From Octopus vulgaris (lineage: Eukaryota): a DNA stretch of 64,000 bases. The stretch spans positions 40,796,001 to 40,860,000 of the forward strand of contig OX597828.1 of NCBI GenBank assembly GCA_951406725.2, written 5' to 3'. The notes beneath the pieces were generated by a model, which saw only the letters and a program-made list of their open reading frames with translations, had not been told where the DNA came from and did no database searches. The number at the start of each line of letters is the position of its first letter. Position 1 is the first letter of the stretch. The translations under genes and the position numbers were made by a program. Positions 13,161 to 27,030 of the stretch are shown in pieces.

Positions 13161-15305
13161 TTTGATCAGGAGGAGGAGGAGACTAGTATTGCTCTAGCAT
13201 CATCTAATGTTGGTTTCTTTTATATTTCTACCCATTACAAATCTGAACTATTGGATCATGTAACCTTCGTACAACAAACATTGTGTTGTGTCTCCAAGGC
13301 CAAAAACACAAGTGTGTCTCAATGTCAGTGGTTGACAACAGGCCCCACTGTTTGACAGTTGAATGCATAGCATTAGCAAGGACATCAATTGTTCAATGAA
13401 GAAGTTTCTAAATGGTTACTCAACATGCTGGAAATAGCAGCCAAAGAACTCTTAAATCATACCCAACTGTCTTGAACTAGTAAAAGACATTAGATCTAGC
13501 TGCTGGGGGTGCTTGTCTCCCCTTCGTAAATATAAGGACACAGGAAATGTGTCAAAGCCGACAGGAAGCGTCGATGCTTCCTAGGGCTAAATAGCGGTGG
13601 TGTGATTCCCTTTACGGGACTGTCACGTTAAGTTGACAGTATACAACCGCTCTATAAAAAGATAGGATGATCACAATTGAAATACATTTCATCACAGGTT
13701 TGGCTCATCAGGACTGACCTGTGATGAAACAACATTTGTTTTATCACTGGTCTAAACAACATTTAATTCCAATACTATATAAATGTACTAACTTGCCCAC
13801 ATTGGGGTGTTATGCCTGTTTAAATACAACTGAACAATGCCTCATTATTTTAATTAAGAAAGCCTCGTTATTGTAATTAATTAAAGCCTAATTCTGCATT
13901 GCTTTTTTTCTCTAAAATGTCATTGTGTCCAACACATGCCAACACTGAAACAGATATTAAATGATGGTTACTTGATCTAAAGAAATAGCAGCCATATCTC
14001 CCTTAAATCACTCGCTACTGTCTTAAAAAGGGACACATTACATTAATTTAGTCCTGGATATACAATATCTGTTAAAAAGAACAAAAAACAGGTACAGAAA
14101 ATCTATCTAATACAAGCACCAATTTTGGCAAACTTTAGTAAAACAATATCTGAGACATGGCTAGAATTTCATCAGCTGACAACTTCAATAATTTGAGAGA
14201 TACAATATCTGAGATTGAATATATTTGTGGTAGCTACAGCCAACCACTACTAATGCATCCCAGGGTATCCATACTCTCTCCTGCATCAAACTAATTAACT
14301 TTGCTCATATGAACAAACAAGAGAGTCACAGTGATTTGATTGCATGCCAGAAATAGCAGTCAAATCTCCTTGAAAATCAAATTATGTGTTAAACGAAAAA
14401 AAGGTGAGAGCTTGCAACAGGAAGGGCATCTGGCCATAGAAAATTTGCCTCAATAAAACTGTCTGACCCATGCAAGCATGGAAGAGTAGACATTAAATCA
14501 ATGACGGTGATTATATGTAAATGAAAAATACCATTTAATATACACAACTTAGAAAAGAGCTACTACTAAAAGTTTCATGCTGTAGGTATACTATAAATTA
14601 GCAGATTTATACAACATGCCATGAATCACCAAGCAATTTTTCAGGCTTAGTGCATATTGTCAGATGCATTTAAAAACCAAGATGCTGGTCTTTCAGAAAA
14701 CCTGAAGAAAAAAGAGAATAGAAGCAAAGTGCAAAGAAGGATGATGTGAAAATGGAACCAAGAAAAAAAAAAAGAAAACCAAGATCAAATCACACAGATG
14801 TCTTTGCACGCTTGTGTGATGTCATTTTACTAAGGTGTTTAATTGTGTTCCATATCTATCATGCAGACTAATGCCACAGCTTTAATTATCCTAAAGTAAT
14901 GGTGACTACCAAGTTCTTTGCAGTATTATGCCCCAGATTAGACAACCAGTATGCATTATATACACATGCCTAAATACCTCCTCTCTCTCCCTCTTACTTT
15001 ATACATGTGTGTGTGTGTGCATTTATCTACATGTATATACACATTCGTATCTGTACAAGTGCATATGAGTTATGTGAGTGTATTCCTTTCTGTGTGTTTA
15101 CATTAAATTACTAAGCTAATTAGCAGATAGTGAACACCCCCACTCTGCCACCAATGTTTTGTCATCCTTATAGCAGGGAACTTATTCACATTATCTGAAG
15201 TGGGTCACTCACTACAGTCACACCAAAGACTGTAGTTCAAAAGACAAAAGCCATCCACCTGACAAAGCAAGTCATCAATTACACCAGCACCTTCCTTCTC
15301 TCACT

Positions 15306-15510
15306 TCATCATCACCATCATTTACTGTCCGCTTTCCATGCTGGCATGGGTTGGACGGTTTGACTGAGAACTGGTAGGCCAGATGAAAGGGGGGTTGCAC
15401 CAGGTTCCTATCTGATTTGGCAAGGTTTCTACAGCTGAATGCCCTTCTTAATGCCAACCACTCCGTGAATATAATGGGTGTTTTTTACATGCCACCGACA
15501 CAGGTCCCAT
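15306..15510 (-). mobile_element. RTE-tailed retroposon family C (older copy)
   Basis: CCATGCTGGCATGGGTTGG and GCCCTTCTTAATGCCAACCAC motifs; further decayed copies near 4540-4650, 4975-5160, 6265-6365, 7390-7680, 8910-9030 and 14410-14510. Confidence 0.8.
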
Positions 15511-17793
15511 TGATCTGACACTGGCATCGGTCATGACTACGGCCTCACTTGGCTTGGCAGGTCTACACAAGCATAGTATATCACCTGTCACTGCCTCCAT
15601 CAGGCCCACGCTTGAATGGTGCTTCTTATGATTATTAAACTGCTGCTTCTCTGAATTTTGTTGAATACATTACAAAGCTCACAACTAAACTTACACAGTA
15701 TATGAGAACCATTGAGTGAGTCTCAATGCACTGGCTGAAATTGCTGAAAGTAGCAACTAGATATCCCTCAAATGACAACTACTACCTTACTAGAAAGGCT
15801 AAATCATAGTTCCTAAATAGTCTGTAGTTGAAAAGAAAAAGGAACTACTTTAGCATGCAGTCTCTCACAGTATTGTGTCTGTAGCTTACGCTGTGAAATT
15901 ACCTGATTTTGGTTAGGGTTTAGGGTTAGATTGCAAGGTAAAGTGTAAACTGGACAGGTAGCATACATACTGAAGTGGCACCAAGACAACGTTGATATAG
16001 ATGGAACACTTTTGATTATATGTCTGCAGGATTAGAGTTGAGCCAGGGCTAAAACAGCAACAGACACCTGCACAGTGCATTCTTTCTTCTTCATCTCACC
16101 TTTTAATGTCTCGCTAAAACATTTCTCCTTTTCTTATTCTAACCCTACTCCCCCCACCCCTTCCACCTCCCAAAAACCTGCCAGAACAATTGCTTACTTA
16201 ACACACCAGACAGTGTTTAGCCAATAAAGACAGGATTAATTTAGTTTATCACCTCCTCCTATTCTTTTCTTTCTAAACCCTAAGAATAATCTAAGGATAG
16301 TGATTACACACACACACATATGTATATAATCCTCTCCATTTCCTTTAAGCACTCTAAGACAGACATGTAGCTGTCATCATACTTCACAGGTTTCCATTGT
16401 GACTGAGGATAACTTTCCTACGCCAGTGTGTATGCCCGTGCCACTAATGTGCGTTTATGTACGTGTTAAATGGATATGTGAAAAACAACAGGAGAAAGAA
16501 AGGAATCAGTTTCGTTTTTTTCTTCTTTTTTAAATAGATCTAATTGTGTAGACCTATAATCAAAGACATTCTATCCATGATCGTCCCATCTTTTCTCAGA
16601 CATAGAATAGATGAAACTTAGCGGGTATGATGAGGTTTGATTGCTATTTCTAGCCAATCGTGCAACCACGTAGAGACCCCTTCGATGACTCGTATGTAGA
16701 GACTAAATGCTTCACACAAGTCCAACACCTGTAAATCATTCAATTAAATTAAACCCAAGAAAGATAAGGCATGAACCTCACAACAGGTTCATGCATGCCG
16801 AGCCCACAGATGACAAAAGGCAGAACCTAGCAATACATGAAAATTTCTTAAATGGGTATGAAACCAGATGGGGTATGAGGGGAGTTTGTGACGGACGTTC
16901 ATACCTATGGCTGTTTTGAGTTGCTTTTAATGAAAAACATAGATATAAGAAAGTCGTAAGCACATGGGACGCGAAACGGGCATAGCTGGGATTTGAAACC
17001 AGATATCAGATTGACTGCTGCACCATATGTAGTTGATATCTCCGTCTCCGATCACACTACCAGCATTCGTGTCGTGACTATTAGGACAAAGCTTCTGCGA
17101 GTTCCAAACTTTCAAAATGTTTTCCTTTTACGACAAGCAACAACCTGTTTGGATCATTTGAGAAGTAATGGTAGACACGACCAGTCGTCCCTCAATCCCC
17201 AACAGCTCTGTAATGAAAGAAGAGTTTATGCAAGTGTGATTTGAACCTAGATCTGTATGACACCAAGTGTACACCGTTTAAGCTTCCTATCTTATCATCT
17301 TTGTTTTTTTTAAGCTAAAACCTCATTAGAATTAGAGAATTTGCAGCTGCTTTATGCGTATTTTTTAATATGTTTGCCCAAAATGATATGAAAAAATTCT
17401 CTTAAATATACATATAAATATGCTTTGTATTTGAAGTATATAAATTAATATATTGTTGGCATCTGTAATTATATTCACAACCTCCTTAAATTTAAAGAGT
17501 ATTTTAAACTGCCAGAAAAGTGAAACCATACAATTACTTAATGCTTTCATTATTGAATATACACATTTCATAATTTTTTTTAAAGTAACAGAGCCAAGCT
17601 ATTACATTATATACGTATTCGTTTCCTCTGTGATTAATATATATATATATATATATATACACAAAACACTGAATTGAGATTCCTTATTTTAAAGTACTTT
17701 TTACACTGTTTGACTTTTACTTTTTTTTTGTTACAGATCCTGTATCGCTGATATTTAACATATAAAACCACTTAACACAGCATTTCTTTAAAG

Positions 17794-17831
<38 letters not shown>

Positions 17832-19788
17832 TCATGGGTGGGGGTAAAAATCCACACTGAAGCAACAAGCTCTGTGGTTTTCTGTCACATACTACTAAAT
17901 GATTTTGTAGATAGGTACAAGGCCAGGAGATAGCGTGGAATGGAGGGAGACAGTCAATTATATCTATCAACATCAGTGTTGAGTCACAAACAAGCTTACA
18001 AGTTGATCCAAGAAGGATGAAAGGCAAAATCGACCTTGGCAAGATTTGAACAGAGATACAATGAAATACAAAGTTATTTTATTTTGTCCGATGCTCTTCC
18101 AATTCTGACATTTAATAACAAAGAATTCCTTTATGCAGGGCCCCATATAAGAATTTAATCAGATGGGTGCAGAAATTCTTTCGAATCCCTTTTCATGCAG
18201 TGTACGTTAGTTTTCGACATTTGCAAATATTTCCTGAGATTCCTGAAAATTCTTGAGCCTCCAACAACTTCCTCCTTTTCCTAGGCCCTGCTTCCACAAC
18301 CTGACACAGAGTCCCATATGTTTAAGGTAGAAGATAAGGGATGTTAATGAGCTTCTCAAGTTATTTTTGTTGTTTGGGCCTAGGTCAATAGGCAGACATA
18401 ATCAAAAATGTTCTAGCCGTGACCCCCTCCCCATTTCTTGGGCAGTATTCCAAAGACTATCTTTCCTTTATTTAAAATGGCAGGGTATCGTTTAAAACAT
18501 GTTTAGCTACTCCTTTCTACCTGGTTGAAAGACTGCACAGAGGTTCACAAATCGGCTTGAGTTTTCAATAGCATTAACAGCCAACAGAATTGAATAACAG
18601 CTTGAAGCAGAATTTGAGACCACATTGCGGTCACGGTTTGGCGAGAGTACAAAACTCCGACTAGGATGGGTACGATAGAATATATATATGAAAGTCGAAA
18701 TAAGGTAATAAGTTAGATACGGTGACATATCTCGTACACTAAGCTTGATATACCAAAGTTATTAGAATAAGAAAAAAAATTAGTAAAAACAACAGGGTCT
18801 TGGTAGCTGTTACATATCATAAGGACGCAAACTTTTAAGCTCAGTCCCCCACTCCCTTTTTTTTTCTTTTCTGTTTTGTAGTTTTATTAGTCCACTCGGC
18901 AGAATATACTTTATTGTCTCGCCGACATTTTGAACTGAAAAGGCACAGAGCCAGAATAAAAATACTACATGACATCCAGTCCGACGCTCTAACATTTCCG
19001 CCAATCCACCACCACCTAGGAATGGTATTTTAATTTATCGATCCCGAAAGGATAAAAGGCAAAATTGACTTCGGAGGGAAGATGAAACAAATACCCCAAG
19101 GCATTTTAAACCGAAAGCTCTTAACGATTTGCATGCCTAAGCAAGTCACAGCGATTCCAGCTGGGAATCAAAACCAATCTGCAGAATTGGTCCAGTGATA
19201 AATTACTGCTGCATCATATTTTATTGGTAATTAATTATGTCTGATATTCTCAGATAAGTAGGAATTTTTAAAAAAAGTAAAAGACGGTGGATTACCAAAA
19301 TTGTTAGAGCGTCGGCCAAAATTACCTTGCGGTATTACTTCCGGCTCTTTACATTCTGATTTCAAATCTCGGTATCGATAAAATAAAGTATCGACTGTCG
19401 GCCTGTGTCAAGTACCCGTCTAAATATGGGGGTTCCGGCAAGTGAAACACCGGTTGGAGTATACTGCCGTTGCATCAACATTATCGATCTGTAACATTCT
19501 ATATCATATTGCCAACACTATGCATTCTATAAAAAAAAAAACGACCCCATTAAATGAAGGGATAAGGCAAATGAAATGTACAGCCAAGAGAGACAATCTT
19601 AAACCTGTATGTGTGTATACACACACATGAGATAGTTTTAATACATATGAAAAATATATAATTTCTGCGTGTGTGTGTTTATATACACACACATATAATT
19701 TCTGGTGTGTGTGTGTATGTATGTGTATATATATACATATTATATATATGTACACACACACACACTTTTTCAGACTAAATAACCTCAC

Positions 19789-20044
19789 TGTTGATTTAAA
19801 TAGTGTAAATTTAATAGTTAAAGCATTCTTCAGATCTAGATAGGAGATAAAGATTTCCATATCATTACGATCACGTAGCATAATGGAAAATTATGATGGC
19901 CCGAGGAAGAGTTAATGCAAGCGGCGAGACCGATGCATTTCCAAGAAACTTAGCCACCACCACCACCGTCATGCAACACTGACGGTGTCAAAGATAGGTT
20001 TCGACTGAAATTTTCCATAATAGCGATTTCGAGTTGCACCATGC
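19789..20044 (-). other. Putative exon 2 of the minus-strand transcript
   Basis: Pyrimidine-rich acceptor TTCCTTCTTCCGTATAAATTTCAG|GCA; donor CAACA|GTGAGG; no long ORF. Confidence 0.4.
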
Positions 20045-21339
20045 CTGAAATTTATACGGAAGAAGGAAATGGATGATGAAGGAAATTCGTGCCTTTCTCC
20101 TAAGTTCTTAATGTGAGACTGCTACATTCGGAAATTGAAACCGAATAGGCGGAGTCGATGCGCGTAGACGCGAACCACTCTCTTTATTGCAGGCGCACTC
20201 ACTCGCACTCTATATTATTAGCATTGTTAGTATTATCCATACGTAAGAAAACCCTAAAAGCATACGCCATAAACTAGGTTTCGATTCCCACCTGAATTGG
20301 AAGCACTCCTTACATAGCTAAATGTATTTATGAAAGATAATGAACATTACAACTTCTATAGAAAGAAAAAGAAACGAATAAAAAGCAATATCTGGCTTCA
20401 TGGCGAACGAAGCATGAGAACAATAATACTAGTCTATATGTGTAATTTAGATATGGATTTAGTAATAACTTTATATATCATAGAAAGGCGAAAATATGTC
20501 ACGAATGCTAGTTAGTCAGCATGTGATAACAAGAAGTATGATGAAAGGATTTGCATTTGTCATGGAATATGTCGAAACAAAACCATGTCAAACAAAGATT
20601 GTAATATCAGCCACGAGACACACACAGATACATAAGCAGACACACATGAGCGAACGATGACAATCTGTACACGGTCGCTCGATCTGCTAGAAACAGTAGT
20701 CGGATGTCCCTCAAACCACACCCAAACCATTAAATAAAAAGTGAAAGACACATTGAATGAATGAATGCAATCCTAGACGCACTTATATCCGAATAAAAAA
20801 TAATAAAATAATAAAACAAGTTTGTCACGGCCGGACTACTTTTAATCATAAATCTATATTCAGTGTTGACCTGGTGTTAAACAATACTCATAGATCCATA
20901 TTGTCAGATACGGGTGGCTGATATCATAAATGCATTGCTTATTAGTTTCATTATAACACGGAATTAGGGGAAATAAAGCTGATGCTAATTTAATGAGAAG
21001 AATCCAGGATGGAAAACTAGGTTCTCACTAAACCAAGATTCCTTCCCTCATTATTATTACACTAGTATAACAAAAATTTGTCCGATTATAAAATATCAAC
21101 CCATCCAAACTCCTCTCTTCGCTCGCTCGCTTTCTCATATAAACACATGTGTATGCGAAGCATCCAATATAAAATACATTATTGATATGCGACATGTTTA
21201 TAACACAAACGTAACTACAGATAAATTGCATAAATATTGTATAATCCTGTGTGTGTGCGCGCGCGCGTATGTGTGTGTGTATATATAGAGAGAAATACTT
21301 CTCATCCCGTATTTTAAGTACTGTAGATAATATATATAA

Positions 21340-21870
21340 TTATATATAGATGCACACACTCATATATACACACATACATACATATATAATCTGACAAAAT
21401 GGTGATGATGATATATATACATACACATATATACACACATATATAGAGAGACAAACACACACACATATATATATATATATACACATATATACACACATAT
21501 ATATAGAGAGAGACAAACACACACACATATATATATATATATATACACATATATATATATATATATACACATATATATATATACACATATATATATATAT
21601 ACATATATATATACACATATATATATACACATATATATATATATACACACACATATATATATATATATACACACACATATATATATATATATACACATAT
21701 ATATATATATATACACATATATATATATATATACACACATATATATATATATATACATAGGCGGAGGTATATATGTATATGTATACATATATATTGTATA
21801 ATGTACAGGCACACACGCACGCGAGTGCTCGTGTGTGTGTGTGTGTATGTATGTATGAATATATATTTAA
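21340..21870. repeat. Large (TA)n/(CA)n compound microsatellite
   Basis: Directly visible; explains ORFs 21314-21820. Confidence 0.95.
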
Positions 21871-22012
21871 ATATATATGGTTATAAGTTCAGTTTAATTA
21901 CATGAGGTACAGTGTAAAATGGAATATAAATTTTAAAAGGTGTATATGAACGATATGAAAAAGATGGAACGATACGAAAACAAAAGAGAAACCCAAAAAA
22001 CCAAACACTAAC

Positions 22013-22060
22013 CTTGTCTTTGGAAAAGAATTGCATGAATCCAATTCTTCCTGCCGCCAT
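22013..22060 (-). CDS. Putative first-exon coding segment or uORF MAAGRIGFMQFFSKDK (product unknown)
   Basis: AAAATGGCGG start context overlapping a YY1 motif; 16 codons end exactly at donor AAG|GTTAGT, followed by T-rich intron-like sequence. Confidence 0.5.
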
Positions 22061-22120
22061 TTTGAAGTTGCGTCGTGACCTTTGACGTCCGACTTCCTGC
22101 CGAAAACACCGGAATGTCGT
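22050..22120 (-). promoter_or_regulatory. CpG-rich housekeeping-type promoter
   Basis: YY1 GCCGCCATTTTG 22053-22064, TGACCTTTG 22076-22084, CRE-like TGACGTC 22083-22089, ETS-like ACTTCCTG 22092-22099 and CCGGAA near 22109. Confidence 0.7.
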
Positions 22121-23635
22121 TGTGATGAGATGCAGTTTTGTGTAAACACAGAAGGAAGCTTGTTGTTTACGTGTTGTAACCACGGCTTATCTTCTTCACT
22201 TTATTATTATTATATTTTTATTTGTTTTTTTTTGGTTTTTTTGCGGGGTTAGTCATATGGCTAAGAACAAAGCATAAAGAAAATCCGTAGATATTCGAAG
22301 AGACTCGTGATTGAGAAAATATACATAGTTAATAAATATACATAGTTAATAAAATTAGTAATATATTTACTAATATATTGAAGAAAGAAGTTTGAATATT
22401 TCAGATGGGATAGAAGTTTTCTTAGAAAAAATCAGGGTTAATATTGTTGATCACTCATCCAAGGCTGGTCATGCTCGAACTGCTCTATTTATGGAAGGTA
22501 TTCCATCGATGACCATCTCGTCTATCTTGCATTACATTAACTAATATACTCCCCGCCTTATTAATTTTTTTTCCGAATAGGACAATTCGAGGAAGATTAT
22601 TGGCTGTTATTTCTAGCAAGCCAAGCGGTCGCGTTGAGGATGCCACGCTGGAGGTTGTATAAATGTGTTGTTTGGTGGCGATGTACTATTCGTGTTGGTC
22701 TTTCATTTCGGTATTTGTTTATTTCTCTAAAAACGTTCATTCGTGTGACAGTTTACTCTACAGTAGTCATACGGTGGCTGGTGATATATTTTTGATAACA
22801 AACATAAATAAACACGCATTTCGTGAAATTAAAAATAATTTGTTTCGTTTATTTACACAAGCTTGTCGCAGTTGTTTTTCTTTTTCGCAAGTTAAATTAT
22901 CATTAATGTCATGATGATGATGATGATGACGATGACGATGATGATGATGATAATAATAATAATAATTTATTTCTTTATTGCCCACAAGGGGCTAAACATA
23001 GAGGGGACAAACAGGAACACAAGTATTAAGTCGATTACATCGACCCCAGTGATTAACTTGTACTTATTTATAATAATAATGATTTTTAAAGTTTCTCAGC
23101 CAAAGTGTTAGCTTATTGTCATGAGGAAAGTATGCTAAATGAGTATACGCTATTTGTCCCGCATGCGACTTAGTGAGTTGCGAAACTTAGATTAAATGAG
23201 ATTGTCCAAATAATTAACAAAGAAAACTCTTTCTACAAACAAGGGAGATAAGTCTAGTAAGATCAGTTGATCGAAATTTCAGGGTAACGTTGGCAATGCC
23301 GATCGGATCTGTAAAACCAACTTCTAAATATAATAGTTAAAGCCAGCTGGTTGGGGAAATCAAGGAACATGTTCCAGTCTTATAAGGCCACCTCAGCGAA
23401 GCGTATCTGCTCAATTGGCAGTGATCAATACATGTCCAACACGGATCTCATATAGAGGTAGGAAGAAACTCTAGGGAGAGCTGAACAGCAAGTCTTCAGA
23501 GAAGGTCTCTTCATACATGTGTGTGCATATACAGACAGACATACAAACAGATAGAAAGAAAGAGAGAGAGAGATAAAGTCAGTGGAAAATATCACGGGAA
23601 GCTTTCTAAATACAAATCCAGTAGAGCCTCACATA

Positions 23636-23761
23636 CAGTGCCGCTTTAAGGTGTGAATCCTCTGATCAATTGCCCCTTAGACCCCACTGATTTAGGCGTC
23701 TAGCGTTATACTTTATACACAGCGGCTCTCCCGTACCCGTAAATGCTGTTGATGGGCCCTG
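23636..23761. mobile_element. Possible hAT-type MITE
   Basis: CAGTGCCG...GGGCCCTG termini; imperfect 8-bp flanks CTCACATA / TTCACATG; related sequence near 27860-28155. Confidence 0.4.
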
Positions 23762-23837
23762 TTCACATGGGCTGTTTAAAAATGTGTTATCTTATTAAAT
23801 TTCGCGACCAAATGTATGGTTATAGGAAAGGCATCAC

Positions 23838-23935
23838 GGCGGAGATAAAGAATACGTATACCACCCGTTTTTGACGGAACAATAACCTTAAACCCTAACC
23901 CTAAACACCGGGTGTACGTATTCTTTACTTTCGTC
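23838..23935. mobile_element. 98-bp Merlin-like MITE
   Basis: Perfect 8-bp TSD GGCATCAC (23830-23837, 23936-23943); 25-bp TIRs matching 20/25; internal AACCCTAACCCTAA. Confidence 0.75.
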
Positions 23936-26272
23936 GGCATCACCATCACAATCTCACATTTCTCCTTTCATAATCCAAGATTAATATCAAACTGAAATCA
24001 ACACAGTAAAAGACCACTGATTATATGCGTGGAAATAAAATTATATATAAACAAATGCGGTGTTTCGGGTTCAGTCCCACTGGTCGACACTGGCGCAAGT
24101 ATCTTATCCTACAGCCCTGGGCCAATTAATGCTTTGTGAATGAATCTGGTAGGCGGAAATTATGTGGAAGCCCGTCGTATGTGTGTATTTGTCCTTCCAC
24201 CACTTGACACCCGGTGTTAGTTTATTTACGTCCCTATAACTTGGCGGTTCGACCAAAGGATGCGATACAATAAGTACCAGACTTTTCCAAAAATATGTAC
24301 TGGGTCAATTTTGTCGACTATGCGCTTCAAAGAGATGTCTCAGCATAACCGAAGGCTAATGACTGAAACAACATTTAAAAAAATAAGAAATTACATACAT
24401 AAACATACACACACACACATGCTACACATTTACGTGTGTGTGTGTGTGTATACATATATAAGTTCTATATTTTTAAATGCCTTTTTATACATATTCCATA
24501 TAAATTTTAAACATAGTAGTTTGCAACTTGGATTAATAGGTTAAAAACGCGCGCGTACATAGTGCGCCTAATAAAAGAAATAATTTTTTATCATTAATAC
24601 CATTATTATTTCATTTTATTTGCCAACAACTTTCAGTCAAGACCACATGAAATGATGGACTTTTGAACGTAAAACAGCTTCTGAGTCAGCAAGTGATGGC
24701 AGATTTGATGCTTTCTGTTGTTGTTGACATCCTCGTTCTTAATTATTGTTATTGTAGTTACTGATATGAGTCATAGCAAGTGATGATGGGGTTCTACATA
24801 CTATGTTACACTCACATGTGTTTGAAAATAAGAAAGTAAGAAAACACGAAGGCTTTTGTGGGTGGAGAGTGCCTGACGGAGTAGTGGGTGGTTTCGAATC
24901 AACGGTAGTTTTATTATTACCGCTCGTGTTGTAGTACATTATAATTACTTTCACATCAGCTTCAGTACTTGACTGGTACTTTATTCTACCAGAAGGAAGG
25001 AAGTAAAGTTGTACTTTATTTTACTGGAACTTTATTCTGTCTGAGGAAGAAAGAACAAGTTTACATCGACGATATTAGAACTCACAAGGCAAAGAAATAT
25101 CGCATTTTGTTCGTCGCTCTACAACTTTTCCAATCGAGTAAACATGATCAGATACTCGGGCCGTGACCATCACCCCCAACAACAACATTATCCAGGGCGC
25201 CTTTTTTTTAAGACTATGAAGTACAGTTTGATGGAGATCTGGATCATATTTCTAACGAGTTTAGCTACTGTGAAAAAACTCGCTTTTTTCATTGTCATCT
25301 CCGTTCTAATTGTTGTAGTTATTGAAATGAGTCATGGTAGTGACTGTTCAATACACCGTATTGAAAAATGCAGGAAAGAATATGGGAGTTTGTTTTGTTA
25401 GTAAGTGGACAGAAGTGTAAGTTTTCATAAGCGAATGAATAAACACGAGTCTGAAAGAAAAAGAAAATATCTAAACATAAAGTATACTTATTAAACATTT
25501 ATCGAAATAAATAATTATACAATACGTTTAGAAATAATGATTGTCTCCAATTTAGGCAAAAGACTAATAATTTGGAAGGGAGAAGTTAGCCGATATAATC
25601 GATCCTCAATACACGACTGATATTTTATTTTTATCGATCCCAAAAAGATCAAAGGCAAAGTTTACGTTACTGTGTTTTGAACATGCATTTTTTTCTTTTT
25701 TTTTTTTTTTCGGATGCTTTAACGATTCTGCCAATCCAACTCCCACATAATAATTATTATTTTTTCCTTGCCCAAGAACTACAGAGGGGGGCGATGGCGA
25801 TGGATATATGTCGTTGAGGAGGTTAGATAGGGCGTCCGATAAAACACCTTGCGGTATTTTAGTTGCGGTCTGGGTTCAGATCCCACTGAGATAATGTTTT
25901 CTTCTTTCTTTTACTTTTCTTTCTTCTTTTTTTGTTTTGTTTGTTTGTTTCTCTTTCTGGTTTTGTATGCAGTCGATTTTATGTTTCTAAGATACAATAT
26001 AGATTGTGAATAGAATTATAACAGAAGAGTATCTTCATTGAAGACCCGCTTTGAGATATAGTGGCCCTTAGTTGAAAAATAAATACGGGAGGCAGTATAT
26101 TATTGATCGCTGCATTAAATCGATCAATTAAATGTAGGCTCCCCTAGTAAACAGCAATTTCTCATATTGAATTAAGACGGGTGTGCGGAGAGAGTGGGGG
26201 TTGTAGCCGATTGGATCGATAGTTGGTACTTAACTAATGCTTAGTTTATCGATCCCTGGGAGATGAAAGGCA

Positions 26273-27030
26273 AAGTCTTCCTCAGCGGGACTGCCCTTGT
26301 TAATTATTTCTGATTTATTTAGTAAATGATGGTTTCTGATAAGGTAGCAATATTGAGGGATCAGGATTAGTTGATGCTATCGATGTTTAACTGATACTTT
26401 CATATTATCGACCAGTGGTCACGCTGAAAAGCGTAGTTGACAATGATAGGGTTTGAACACAGGGCGTAAAGAGTCAGAAGAAATATAATACCGCTAGGCA
26501 TTTTACCTTAGTCTCTAATGATTCTGCCAACTCACCGCTTTTCCCTGATTAATAATAATTGTTTGTAAAAGAGTTTATATTTTTGAGAAAACAGGAACTT
26601 TTTGGAAGGGACATTTTCTCCTTTGCTGAGGATCAGTGACCAAAGGCAAGTGTTGAAGGTGTTTTAATCAAGATTCAGAAATGGATTTGCGAATGTAACG
26701 TGCTTAGGGATCTTTTCCTTCCTATTAATAACAATTTTATCAATTAAAAAAAAACTAAGTTGTTCAAATGTAAATATAGCTATAAATAATAGCTTATAAT
26801 ATATGGAGTAAATACCTCTCAAAATTAGCTATAAAGATCGAATCATACATTTACAGTGATGAAATGGTGAGAGTTTGCAAGGGGACGGTGTTCCCTTCTT
26901 TTCAGCTCATGAAGAGGGTAGCTAATAGCATATATTGTCCCACCTTCCCAACATCAGCCTCTTGGACTTTAGCATACCCATAGTTTTAATACCCGTTTCT
27001 ATCATTATGACCACGAGACTACTACACCAT
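26273..27030 (+). repeat. Donor copy of a roughly 757-bp local duplication
   Basis: Near-identical to 29835-30589. Confidence 0.95.

Noticed and set aside
15851-15966. TTAGGG-like motifs with possible TAGCATRC flanks as a third Merlin-like MITE
   Set aside because: No terminal inverted repeat could be found.
16905-17144. 240-nt candidate exon as selenoprotein coding (two in-frame TGA)
   Set aside because: No recognisable protein, no SECIS identified, weak acceptor.
23155-23200. GCGACT/AGTTGC hairpin followed by GAAAC (hammerhead-like)
   Set aside because: The upstream core does not resemble CTGANGA, and stems I and III are unconvincing.
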